Shown piece by piece: positions 1 through 11,298 of a stretch of 32,000 nucleotides of DNA. Position 1 is the first letter of the stretch. Each line of letters opens with the position of its first letter. Source of the stretch: Wallemia ichthyophaga EXF-994 (Eukaryota > Fungi > Basidiomycota); assembly GCF_000400465.1 (NCBI RefSeq), contig NW_008806280.1, forward strand, positions 240,001 through 272,000, written 5' to 3'. Both the position numbers and the translations under genes were made by a program. The notes below the pieces were generated by a model. The model ran no database searches. It was not told the origin of the DNA and saw only the letters and a program-made list of their open reading frames with translations.

Positions 1-3000
1 CCGTAGCTTCCGAGCTTACTGATCCTCTTGATGTGAGTACTTCCTAATTGGTTTGCGTTTCTAACCCTTGCATAGATCGATACGCGTGTTTACAACCCGC
101 CTGCTCCATTTCCCACTGCTCATCATACTCTTCAAGCAGATCTTACTTACAGAGGTGCCGTTGTAAACGCCTTCGTTTACGTGCACCTATCTTTACATGA
201 GATCAGCAAGCGCTTGAGTAAACGACAAGGTCGTTATAAGTGAGTGTCTTTCACGTTTTGAGATTATTGCTCATGTGATTCAGCTATGTCACTCCTCGAC
301 ACTACTTGGATTTTATTGACCAATACGTTAAGTTGTTCAATGAAAAGCGTAATGAACTGGAAGAGCAACAGCGTCATTTGAATGTTGGTTTAGATAAACT
401 ACGCGATACGGTAGTTCAAGTTGATGAACTTCAAAAAAGCTTAGCCGTAAAAGACACTCAATTGAAAGCCAAAGTTGCCGAGGGAGATGAAAAATTAGCC
501 AAAATGCTTGAAGAGCAGAAACAGGCCGAGAGCAACAAAGCTACCTCAATCCAAATTCAAAGTCAGCTTCAAGAACAGAACAAAAACATAGCGCAGAGGA
601 AAGAGGTTGTTATGACTGATCTTGCTGATGCTGAACCAGCTGTTAAAAGTGCACAGGAGTCCGTTAGTAATATCAAGAAGCAACATCTCACAGAAGTCAG
701 ATCTATGGGTAACCCTCCAGAAGGTGTCAAGCTCGCTATGGAATCCGTTTGCACCGTACTGGGACATAAACTTGATGGTTGGAAGACCGTTCAGGGTATC
801 ATCAGAAGAGATGATTTTATCCATTCAATCGTTAACTTCGACACTACCAAGCAAATGTCTAAGAGCCTCAGCGATCGTATTAAAAATGAGTTCATGTCGA
901 GACCTAAGTACAACTTCGAAGACATTAATCGTGCATCGAAAGCATGTGGACCTTTAGTTAAATGGGTTATTGCTCAAGTACACTTTGCGGAGATACTCGA
1001 CAGGGTCGGTCCACTTAGGAACGAGGTGCACTATCTCGAAGAAAAGAGTTTGCACACACAGAAGCAAGCCAGCACTATAATTGACATGATCAAAGAGCTC
1101 GAAGACAGCATAGGAAAGTACAAGGACGAGTATGCAGGCCTAATTTCGGAACAGCAAGCTATTAAGAGTGAGACTGAGCGCGTACAGAAAAAAGTCGAAA
1201 GAAGTAAAACATTGTTGAGTTCACTTTCAGCCGAGCAAGATCGTTGGGAGACAAGCTCAAAGACATTCGAGTCTCAAATGAGTACGATTGTTGGAGACGT
1301 ACTTCTATCAGCTGCTTTCCTCGCATATGCTGGCTTCTTTGACCAACAGTACAGAGAAGCAATGTGGAATGGCTGGGTTACATATATGAATGATGCTGGT
1401 ATTAAATTCAAACAGGAGCTCTCGTTCGCCGACTATCTCTCGACTGCCGATGACAGACTTAGCTGGCAATCTAAATCTCTTCCAGCAGATACTCTCTGTA
1501 CAGAGAATGCCATCATGATGAGTCGTTTTAACAGGTTCCCACTCATCATTGATCCATCTGGTCAAGCATCTAATTTCCTTATCAACGAGTATAAAGGTTC
1601 GAACAGAAAATTGAGTGTGACCAGCTTTTCGGACAACTCATTCCTAAAGCAGCTGGAATCAGCAATGAGATTCGGTAATCCAATACTCGTTCAGGATGTA
1701 GAGTTTTTGGATCCGATCATTAACCCAATATTAAACAAGGAGATTCGAAGAAGTGGTGGTCGTGTACTTATTCGTGTTGGTAATCAAGACATCGACTACT
1801 CGCCTGCCTTCAACATGTTCCTAATGACACGTGATCCAAGTGTCGAATTCAGTCCAGATGTTTGCAGTAGAGTAACGTTCGTAAACTTTACCATGACGAG
1901 AAGCTCTCTCCAATCTCAATCTCTAGACCAAGTGCTCAAATCAGAAAGACCAGACGTAGATGCAAAGAGAACAAATCTTCTCAAACTACAGGGCGAGTTC
2001 AGACTGCGGTTGCACTTCTTGGAAAAAGGTCTGCTACAGGCGCTGAATGAGTCAACTGGTAACATTCTTGATGATGACAAAGTCATTGAAACTCTCGAAA
2101 CACTGAAGAAAGAGGCTGCTGATGTTACGGTTCAAGTTGAGGATACTGATACAACTATGGCGGAGGTAGATCATGTGACTTCTGAGTACCAGCCGCTTGC
2201 ATCTGCTTGCTCATCTGTGTTCTTTGTTATGGATCAATTGAATCTCATCAACCACTTTTATCAATTTTCTTTGAGGTTCTTTTCAGATATTTTTGATTTC
2301 ATCATACGTCAAAATCCTCATTTGAGCGGAATTACAGACCATAAAGAGAGACTAGACGTCCTCACTAATGACCTCTTTCTGGTCACATTTCAACGCACCT
2401 CTAGATCGTTGTTACACGTTGACCATGCTATGTTAGCAGTCTTACTTGCTCAAGTTAAGTTAAGAACTTTAGCCGGAGCCTACGATGAGGATGAGTTCGA
2501 TTTTCTTATTGAAGGTGGCGACTCTTTAGCTGGCAAGACTTCGGCCGCAAATGAGTTCGAGAGCGTCTTCAATGATGAGCAGGCTGCGAAAATAGAGTTA
2601 CTTACTACTCGCATACCATCATTAACTGACTTGAAGGCCGATATCAGGAACAATTTGAAAGAATGGGAGAGTTTCCTTGAAGCCAATCAACCCGAACTTA
2701 AGACACCTCTCGTTCATAGTGAAGGTTTGCCAGGTAGGTCAGCAGTCTGCTCAAAGATGATCATTGACAATAATTGACAGCACCAATTCGTGAAGTGAGG
2801 GATCTGCTCATTATAAAGTGTCTCCGTCCAGACAGAATTATACAAGCAACGTCACTCTTTGTCAATAGTGTCTTCCACTCCGACTTAGCTAACTTGGCAT
2901 CGTACAACTTCCAGAATCTGGTCCAAAAAGAGGTTGGACCCCAAACTCCGGTTGCACTATGCTCCGTACCCGGTTATGATGCATCTTATCGAGTGGATAA

Positions 3001-4816
3001 CCTTGTCAGCGGTTTGGGTATCAAGTGTACATCAGTAGCGATGGGTTCGCCAGAGGGTTTTAAGCAGGCAGAGCAAGCAATATCTCAATCGTCTAGAGCT
3101 GGTCACTGGGTGTTGCTAAAAAATGTACATTTAGCTCCTGGATGGCTCACTCAAGTCGAGAAAAAACTCCAAACGCTCAACCCTACGCCAAACTTTAGGC
3201 TTTTCTTGACTATGGAGACAAACCCACTGGTACCTATCAATATACTCCGTCAGTCGAGGATTGTTATGAATGAACCCCCTCCCGGTATTAGAGCAAACAT
3301 CTTAGAGACACTGAGAAATATACCATCTCTGAGTATACAGAACGGACCAGTTGAAAAGATGAGACTGTACTTTTTACTAGCATGGTTCCATGCAGTGATT
3401 CAGGAGCGACTAAGATACTGTCCTCTTGGTTGGAGTAAATTGTATGAGTTCAATGACTCAGACCAGGCTAGTGCTCTGAAAATGATAGACACTTGGACCA
3501 ACAGAGTGGCCAAAGGAAGGTCAAACGTAGATCCTAACACCTTCCCGTGGGAGGCGATCAGAACTTTGTTAAAAGAATCTGTCTATGGTGGGAGAATTGA
3601 TAGAGAATTTGATCAGGAGCTACTCAACACGTTTGTTGACAAGATATTCACGCCTGAAGCATATGAGCTTGATTTCCAACTTGCACCAGCGGTAGACGGT
3701 CAACCCGATTTAGTTATACCTGAAGGAACTAAATTGGAACAATTTATAAGGTGGGCTGAAAGATTGCCAGAAAGAGAGCCAATCACCTGGCTCAACTTGC
3801 CAATCACAGCTGAGAAAGTAATTGCTATTGCTCATGGCACTGCTCTATTTGGGAAGTTACGTAAGATGAAGAGTTTGTCCGATGATGATGAAACTGTTAT
3901 TGTTAGTACAAGTGAAGAGAGTACTCAACAGCCCGTCTGGATGCGTAATTTGATGACTAAGTGCCAAGAGTGGTTGGGTTTGTTGCCAAGTGTGAGTACT
4001 TGTCAATTAATTTTGGAAATGCTAACAAGAGCTCAGGAAATCGCACAATTTGATTCTGACGCTTCACGAGCACAAGACCCAATTTTCAGATTCTTTAAGA
4101 GGGAGTCAGATCTCGGTAGAAAGCTTTACAGTGCTGTTAGAGGCGATCTTGAAGACTTGACTGGTGTTTGTAAAGGTGAACTCAAGCAGACTAATCACCT
4201 TCGCACTCTTATGAGTGACCTGACTAAGGGTGAGTTTTATTGATGGTGATTTTGTCATTAGCTAATCACCAAACTAGGCACTGTGCCAAGTAATTGGAAA
4301 GCCTATAAAGTTCCTAGCAGTTGGACTATTACACAATGGCTGCCTGATTTCGCGTTACGTTTACAGCAAATTCAAAGGTTATCCAACGAGCAAAACTCAC
4401 TTTCACAATCAACGATTTGGTTCGGTGGTCTTTTCTTCCCAGGCTCATTCCTTACCGCGACACGTCAAGACAGTGCGCACAGAACGCGAGTCTCTTTAGA
4501 AGAGCTGCATTTAGAGCTGTATATCAATGACACAAACAAGGGCGGATTTGCAGTTGAAGGACTATACCTTGAGGGTGCTGTTTACGTGGATGATAAACTT
4601 TGCGCGACTAATATTGATCCTGTGAGATTGCGTACGTGCAAGCTGAAGTGGACAGCAATACAGAATCAAGTGCTACAAAATCCCGTTACCATACCTGTAT
4701 ACCTCAACCACAAAGACAGAGAGGTGGTGTTGTTCAGTGTAAAACTGAGCGCTGAAGATACTTTGTCTCAAGCAAAAGCTACTCAACGGTCGATATGTTT
4801 GACAGCAAGTGTGTAG
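1..4816 (+). CDS. DYN1: Cytoplasmic dynein heavy chain, C-terminal part (end of AAA4, stalk/microtubule-binding domain, AAA5, AAA6, C-terminal domain); 5' end lies outside the window
   Basis: Spliced reading gives YVTPRHYLDFI, stalk EPAVKSAQESVSNIKKQHLTEVRSMGNPP, FPLIIDPSGQA, GHWVLLKNVHLAP, VYGGRID and VYLN...R. Introns with GT..CTAAC/CTCAT/TTGAC/CTAAT..AG at 33-75, 240-283, 2734-2780, 3992-4036 and 4230-4277 join ORFs 306..2777, 2774..4243 and 4283..4816. Confidence 0.98.
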
Positions 4817-4949
4817 AGTGTTGGGCTCAGTTGTTTGCTAGGTATGAAAGCGATAGAAGAGGAAGTCATGCAACCGAATGTTTTTATTTAAACTAGTTTG
4901 ATTCAATTCTGATACATCATATTTATACGCACTAGAAATAATTATGCTC

Positions 4950-7350
4950 GTGTTTTAACAGAAACGTATCTTGCAGATTTCAACAGCAAAGCGCGATAGT
5001 ATCTGAACGCACCCAAGATCAAACTTAAAAAACATGATCATATTTTGGTAACGCCTTTCTCATCTAAAAAATACTCAATAACCTACAAAGCAACCAGATG
5101 AGTGAAGACTCGAACTTGCTTTAAGCGTCTCGTGCTTATTAAATTGTAGCGCTATTAATCATCAATCTGGATTCCCCCTGGCTTGCATCAATGATGTCAC
5201 CGGTGTCGTATATCAGTGCGGTTTCGTGGAGATTCGGGCCATGCTAATACTGAATAAGAGCCCAACCTTTCAAATAGTCACTTTGCTTGAATAGACATTT
5301 CTTCCCATGCGCGTTTGTTGAATGGGCTGTAATTTTAAGGTGAGTAAGAAAAAAGACTTGAGCGGCTTCAAGACGGTTAAAGACGGTTTGAAGCGTAATA
5401 GTGTAACTGATTTCATCTGAATAAACACATTTAAAGTCCATATGCTTCATAACTTCTCATTAATCTCACTTTACAGTATTACAATTGATCGTCGCAGAGC
5501 AGCAATAGCTCAAATACGGTCAATTACTCGCAAACTCAAAACGGGACAACTACTAAGTCATATATATGCATAAATTACTCGAGAAAGCTAGTTGTTCCCC
5601 TAAATATCAGAACATCGCAAAGTAAAGCATGTCATCTCCGAATCGAGAATGGCCTGCTCAATGACGTGTTGGTGATAGCACTGTGAGTAATGGAAGCTTG
5701 ATAAAGTTTGTTAGAATTCTGGAGCTATCAATTTTGCGATCAATTCGAGATTGAGTTTATCGTACATATCATACCGATGTCTTTTATACTAATCCAGCTA
5801 GATATGGCATGTTTCAGGGAGGATAACCTGGTCTAAAAATTATGAATTATACTCTTATGCCTTCTGCAATTCCAACGCAGCCTTAATCGCCTTCACATTT
5901 CCATGATTTAAAATCTTGAAATCCACCTGGTGAAGCTAAAAGTCGTGATTTCAGAGTTGGGCTGACCCTCCCTTTTTTCTTTTAATAAATTCCGTATAAT
6001 TGGCTTGCAATGATCCGAGATGATATTGAAATTACTTTTCCCCCGAAGCCAGCATTAAGCTCGGTGGAAGCTAATCTTTGTAAAAGTAAATCGCGCTCAT
6101 AGAGCCGAATAATTCAAATTTTTGGATGCTTGAGGTCTCAAAACGCCAGTTTAACTTGTATTTATCGATGAAGCACGTATAATCTTCCATGTATATCCTA
6201 CAGCGTGCTCCAGAGCGATGTCGGATTACAACTTCCGAACAGCCTAAAGGGCACAATTGAAGGCTCAGGGATATAATTCTGCAAATTCTTGTTAAGCTCA
6301 ACCAGCGCTATTCATGAAGCTTTTTTATTCGGAGATCATCAAAACTCGTAAATCAGCCATCTGAGATAAGATAGGGGTCGAGAAATGCAACTCGGTGGAT
6401 GTTGAGCGTAGGGCTGATACGGGAATAAATCTAGCATGCTGAATATAATAGAACAAAATCTTGGTATCGCTAAGTTGCTCAAATTGTCAGTGTACGGTTT
6501 CTCTGTGTTCTTTTTCCCATTTACTTGGTCATTTGCATGGTGCCTCGAGCATACTTAATTTGCGAGAGTTCCTAGTAATGTTTATAGTTTCCAAACATAT
6601 CATATTGCACCTTCAAATTCTTCTGCCGTCCCAAAAACTCCTCCAGACTTTGTCATTGATTGTCGCAGATTGTATTGATGTGGGTCGCGGCAGAGTATAT
6701 ATCTATCAAAATATGTGCAAGTATTTAAATGTTTATAATATCAAACGATAAGTTTTCAATGCTATTAATTCTGTGATTGAGTGGAGAGCACAAACAAGAA
6801 GACCTGTTATAGGCAAAGTGAATCATTACCTAAAGCGGCGAAACAGGTAAGATATGATTCCAATCAAGACTTGTGAATCTCGACCGGGCTCTTTTCCAGG
6901 TTTTACATTTGGATATAATCGAAAGTCATGAATGCACGACCTGAGATGACATCTGTGGCTTGAGGGAGAAATCAAGTCATTAGAACTTAAGGAGATGGGA
7001 GTATATTTGGAATACTGAAAATACTAAGAGACCGTTGGTTTTAAGAATGCGACTTAAACGTGCTCACTTCTCACTTGTAGTTCATTTGTGGGGTGATCTG
7101 AGCATTTATAAATTACTGGAGCGACAGCTATAACCTATTGTATTAATGTCATTACACCTCCAAGCCCTTCTGCCAACTCATAAGTAAACCTGAATCGCAG
7201 GTTGGGCTTTGAAGGTCGTAACCGGAGAAACACCTGCCAGAATATATTTGAGAATTCAGTGTATCAGAATTGTATGTCAAGCTGCTCTACGTATTCATCT
7301 TGCTGGTAATTTGTGGCAGAGCAGAACGAAGAAGACAGCTCAAGGCAGGA
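4950..7350 (+). pseudogene. Probable decayed multi-exon gene with leucine-rich-repeat-like (LxxLxL) segments; boundaries and identity uncertain
   Basis: No long intact ORF. Intact-looking introns at 6847-6899 (GTAAGA..TTCCAG) and 7034-7080 (GTTGGT..GCTCAC..TTGTAG) splice to give KQVLHLDIIES and ILKILRDLHLWGDLSI. A diverged repeat (6530-6637 vs 7083-7184) shows many third-position differences and a 2-codon indel. In-frame stops and frame switches occur throughout. Support is solid only for about 6430-7330. Confidence 0.45.
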
Positions 7351-7454
7351 ACCGATGAAAAAGACAGCAAATTAGGGTAAAATTAATAGCGTCTGCTTGC
7401 AGAATCGCTTTCTGTTTGTCTTAATTTTCCAAGTGCGAGTCTGATAATCTCAAT

Positions 7455-7480
7455 CCACCCATTCCACCCATTCCACCATC
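7455..7480 (+). repeat. Short tandem repeat CCACCCATT x2 plus CCACCATC directly upstream of the AP-3 beta ATG
   Basis: Read directly: CCACCCATT CCACCCATT CCACCATC A ATG. Confidence 0.8.
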
Positions 7481-7481
7481 A

Positions 7482-9890
7482 ATGGACGTTTTCAAAAGGT
7501 TTCAACAGCGGATCCACGAGAATATTGCTGAGTCTACGAGGTGATTATATAGCAAGTCAAAGCGCATCAAAGCTCATTACCAACAGAGATTTCGATTTCG
7601 GCTCAACCGTTCGCATAGCAGATGCACCCAACGATAAGCTCTCAGACATAATCCCAAAGCTTTCATCAAAAGAAGAGCACGAAATCAAGCATGCTTTGAA
7701 GCGTGTCTTGGTCCTTTTATCTCACAATAGGGATTTGTCTTCCTTGTTTCCGTCAATTGTCAAGCTGGTATCTTCAAGGGATCTGCACATAAAGATATTG
7801 GCGTACGTTTATCTGACGAGATATGCCCGACTATGTCCAGATCTTGCGATGCTCAGTGTTAATTCATTCCAAAAAGACTCAAGTCATCAGTCACCCCTAG
7901 TGAGAGCTCAGTCGATAAGAGTTTTATCGAGTATAAGCTCCGAGGAAGTTGCGCCTATTTGCATGCTATGTGTCAAGCGTGCTGCAACTGATTCCAATCC
8001 TTACGTCCGCAAAGCAGCTGCGCTGGCAATAGCCAAGTGTTACGAGTAAGGATCTTCACAAGATGTATCTTTGAAATACTCATAAATCACAGACTGGATG
8101 ACTCTTCATACGATGAGCAGAAAGAATTGTCTTTGAAGCTGATGAGATGTGCATCGTCGATCCCGATCGGTGCCGCTGCTTACGCTTTTATCAAAATACA
8201 CCCCGATATTGATGATCTCAACGATAACTTATCGGCATTACATTCATTGTTTAGGCACTTGGTCAGACAGCTAGTGGACTGCGAAGAATGGTCTCAATTA
8301 ATCGTTTTGGATTTGCTGGCCAGATACAGCAGAGTGTTTTTGCCTCGACCATTAGAGGAGGATTCTGTAGACAAAGATATGAAGGATCTACTCATGGGAT
8401 GTGAGTATCTCTTAAGCAGTCCTAATCCAGCCGTGAGTGACATTAACGCTATCTTCCCTTACTGACATGATCCAGGTCGCAGCCACTGCTTCCAAAACAC
8501 TTCTTACGCTTGGATCTACCACCTACCGAAGCAAGGCTCTCAAGTGCTTGATGCGCTTGAGGAAGGAATCGCCTGAAATGTCGGCATACGTCATGTTAAC
8601 TTTACAGCTGATATCAGAGAAACAACCGGTGCGTATTGAGAGATATCTGAACATACCTAACAAACTTCAGGAATCGGTCACTCCGTTTTTTCAATCTCTT
8701 TTCATCGTTAAAAGTGACACAGATTATACCAAGATAATCAAACTAAACATACTACAAAATTTAATGAAAGTCTTGGATGACTCTCAGCTCACAATGCTAG
8801 CGAAGGAGCTCTCAGTAAGTTAAATCCTGTTTTTTTTTCACCTAACCCCTGTTAGAATCATACCCTTGATCCTGATACAAAATTTGCAGCTGAGGTGATT
8901 GAGACGATCGGCAGCTTGTCATGTGCATCAAAAAGAGCGTCAGAAGTTGCCTTCAAGACGCTCACAGATTGTTCAACTGCAACAAACAAGTTACTAAGTC
9001 ATCAATCCATCATACAATTGAGTAATTTTGTCCCTGATCTCTTGCAAGGATCATGGAATCTACGTAGACTATTAAAGCGGATGTTCAATGGAAGAGTAGT
9101 AGACGATGATGCCCGTGCGACTTTAGTTTGGGTTGTCAGTGAAGTAGTACAGAAGCCGCCCCAAAATGAACTGAACGAGCTGGATGGTATGTCAGTCTGG
9201 AAGTATGGTCCTGATGTACTGCGTAGCTGCGTAAAGGGATTCTCCGAAGAAGGCAGCAAGACACAGACCCAAATTCTCAATCTAGCGGCCAAAATGATGG
9301 CGATCTTACCTGATATAAGAAGTGTACAGGCAATGGCCCGCAAAGTTTTCATAGATTCGGCTGATTTTGACCATGTAAAGTCCATGGACATCGAATCACT
9401 TGATGGACTTAATAGGAGACATTCGATTATGAATACGGTGGCGGGATTGTATGGAGAAGTGCCTGAGCAAGGCGATCAAGCACCTAGAGTACTTTTACGT
9501 CGCAACCAAGCTAATGCTATACTCACAAATATGGCCACAAACTCGAGTGTGATGCACAAAATGACAAGTTCCATCAAAAACAACAACATGGTGCGGATTC
9601 AGACAGATACTTACTTGAATAGCCTACCAGAATGGTCAACTGAAGGTTTGCCTGGTCCTGAAGTGAGAGAAGTAAAGCAGAGTGAGGCTAATCAAGCCGA
9701 TGAGGCTTTAACGATGCCGGTAATGAGTAATGAGATTGCAGCGTACAATGCAGAGGTAGAAACCATACTCGCACAAAATGCGGATTACGAAGATGATGAA
9801 CCTGTAGATACCACAGATAAAGCGGCAGATGACGACCTAGAGAGGTTTTTGGAGAGTGATGGAAATCTCACGAGCGATGTAGATGATTAA
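7482..9890 (+). CDS. APL6: AP-3 complex beta subunit (adaptin N-terminal trunk plus acidic tail)
   Basis: ATG 7482 (MDVFKRFQQRIHENIAESTR), intron 7541-7586, then beta-adaptin motifs KILAYVYLTRYA, LSVNSFQKD, PLVRAQSIRVLSSI, DSNPYVRKAAALAIAKCY, CEEWSQLIVLDLLARY and LLSSPNPAV. Further introns near 8046-8092, 8433-8475, 8629-8670 and 8816-8856. Acidic C-terminus. Confidence 0.9.
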
Positions 9891-9937
9891 TTGGTAAACT
9901 TGTATACAATAAATAGTTTAAAACGAGTAAAGATGAG

Positions 9938-10589
9938 TTAGAGTCTTTTTAATCCTTTCTTCTTTGCGTTTGCCTCCTTGGACTTCAAAGGTTGCTTTGC
10001 AGGTTGGTTTTCTTGTTTGGTTGAAGGCTCGATCGGAGCATTTGAGAGGGGCTGATTCTCGATTTGGGAAGGAGAAGAGTCGAACTCGATAGGGCGGCTT
10101 CTTGCGTGAATAGAAGTCATCATTTTCGCGTGATTGAAGTAGTCTTGATAACTCTCCTGAAGTAACTTTCCCGCTTCTTCATCGAGAGCAGAATCAGGGC
10201 CTGGGTAGATCAAGAGACACTTGATTGTAACAAGGATGTGCTCTATACCGAATTCAGGTCTCCAGTCCTTCTTGAGGGTGGAAACGCAGATCTCACCGGT
10301 CTTGCTGATATTTGGGTGGAATATCTTGGTTAGCATCCTGCCTAGATAACTGTAAGCGTGGGTTTACATAATCAATTATCCGCGTACAATTTGGTGGACT
10401 GTTTGGGAAGTCAGCACCAAAGTTGAACTTGACTTTGAAGAAGCCGTCCTCGTATGGGGTGCCTTCCGGTCCTTGGACGTAGCCGACAACATCAAACACG
10501 TCCGAATCGCTGAAGGATATCCTGATATTGTCTGGTGGGTTTTGTTTGAGCTGTATACATTCCTTTGCGATCCGACGTGCGATGGACAT
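9938..10589 (-). CDS. UBE2S: Ubiquitin-conjugating enzyme E2, UBE2S-like
   Basis: Exons 10589-10388 and 10341-9938 (intron 10387-10342 GTACGC..CTAG). Motifs [34 protein letters not shown] (catalytic Cys) and [17 protein letters not shown], with a basic C-terminal tail KKKGLKRL typical of UBE2S. Confidence 0.9.
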
Positions 10590-10629
10590 ATTGTTATGAA
10601 TTAAAGATACAAACCGCGTTAGGAAATGC

Positions 10630-11292
10630 TCAAAAATAATAATTAAAATCTCCCATGTATATTGTAATGGCTTTGAATTTACCAGACATCCAGTTTTCCT
10701 CTACTTCGACTGCGTCGTCCAGCTGGCTGATGTCTTGTAGCGTTGTGTTTCTCGGCAGAAACATACAGACATTCGGTGTGATTGCCTTGGCTCTGCGAAC
10801 GAGCTCCGCGCCGGTCACAGGCATTAGGCTATCCAGCGTGAAGGTATCCATGTAGTTTATCCCACCCCAGGGCGGCGAGTAGAAGATAACGTCAATATTG
10901 TAATCAAACTTGTACTCGTTAACCCAACTAATATAATCTTGCTGTATAAACTCTATCCTGTCTTCAACGCCGTAGATTCTCGCGTTATGCCTCGCCAATT
11001 CAATTTTAACCGGATCAATGTCTATAGCTATCACCCGCTCGCAGGTGAAGGCAAAGGAGATGGCATTACCGCCAACTCCGCAGAAAGCGTCAACGATCGT
11101 TCCGCATCGGCATCGTTCAGCCGTTTGCATCGCGATTAGCTCTGGTGTGACCGAGTACCACGACTCTTCATCGAGAATGATGCCCTGGTCATATTGGCTA
11201 AATAGCCTGTTCCTTTGGTAATAATATTTAAGCAGATGCTCGGGCACCTGCGACTTGTCCGTGTAAATAAGCTCTTTGTACTTGTCTTCCAT
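10630..11292 (-). CDS. TGS1: Trimethylguanosine synthase (RNA cap hypermethylase), essentially catalytic domain only
   Basis: Single 220-aa ORF with KYYYQRNRLFSQYDQGIILDEESWYSVTPE, VDAFCGVGGNAISFA, VIAIDIDPVKIELARHNARIYGV and FYSPPWGG. Confidence 0.96.
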   Translation of the reverse strand: MEDKYKELIYTDKSQVPEHLLKYYYQRNRLFSQYDQGIILDEESWYSVTPELIAMQTAERCRCGTIVDAFCGVGGNAISFAFTCERVIAIDIDPVKIELARHNARIYGVEDRIEFIQQDYISWVNEYKFDYNIDVIFYSPPWGGINYMDTFTLDSLMPVTGAELVRRAKAITPNVCMFLPRNTTLQDISQLDDAVEVEENWMSGKFKAITIYMGDFNYYF

Positions 11293-11298
11293 CGGGCG

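Noticed and set aside
5250-6760. Minus-strand fragments (e.g. AFLDPYLIS, YSPFNKRAWEEM) suggesting a transposon or Ulp1-like relic
   Set aside because: About 26 stops in about 470 codons is near random expectation. No terminal repeats, target-site duplication or transposase/RT motif seen. Splice signals favour the + strand, though a minus-strand relic is not fully excluded.
11215-11298. N-terminal extension of RDH54 given by the ORF track (start 11215, ATG about 11236)
   Set aside because: It is antisense to conserved TGS1 codons and encodes nothing Rad54-like; ATG 11299 is the simpler start.
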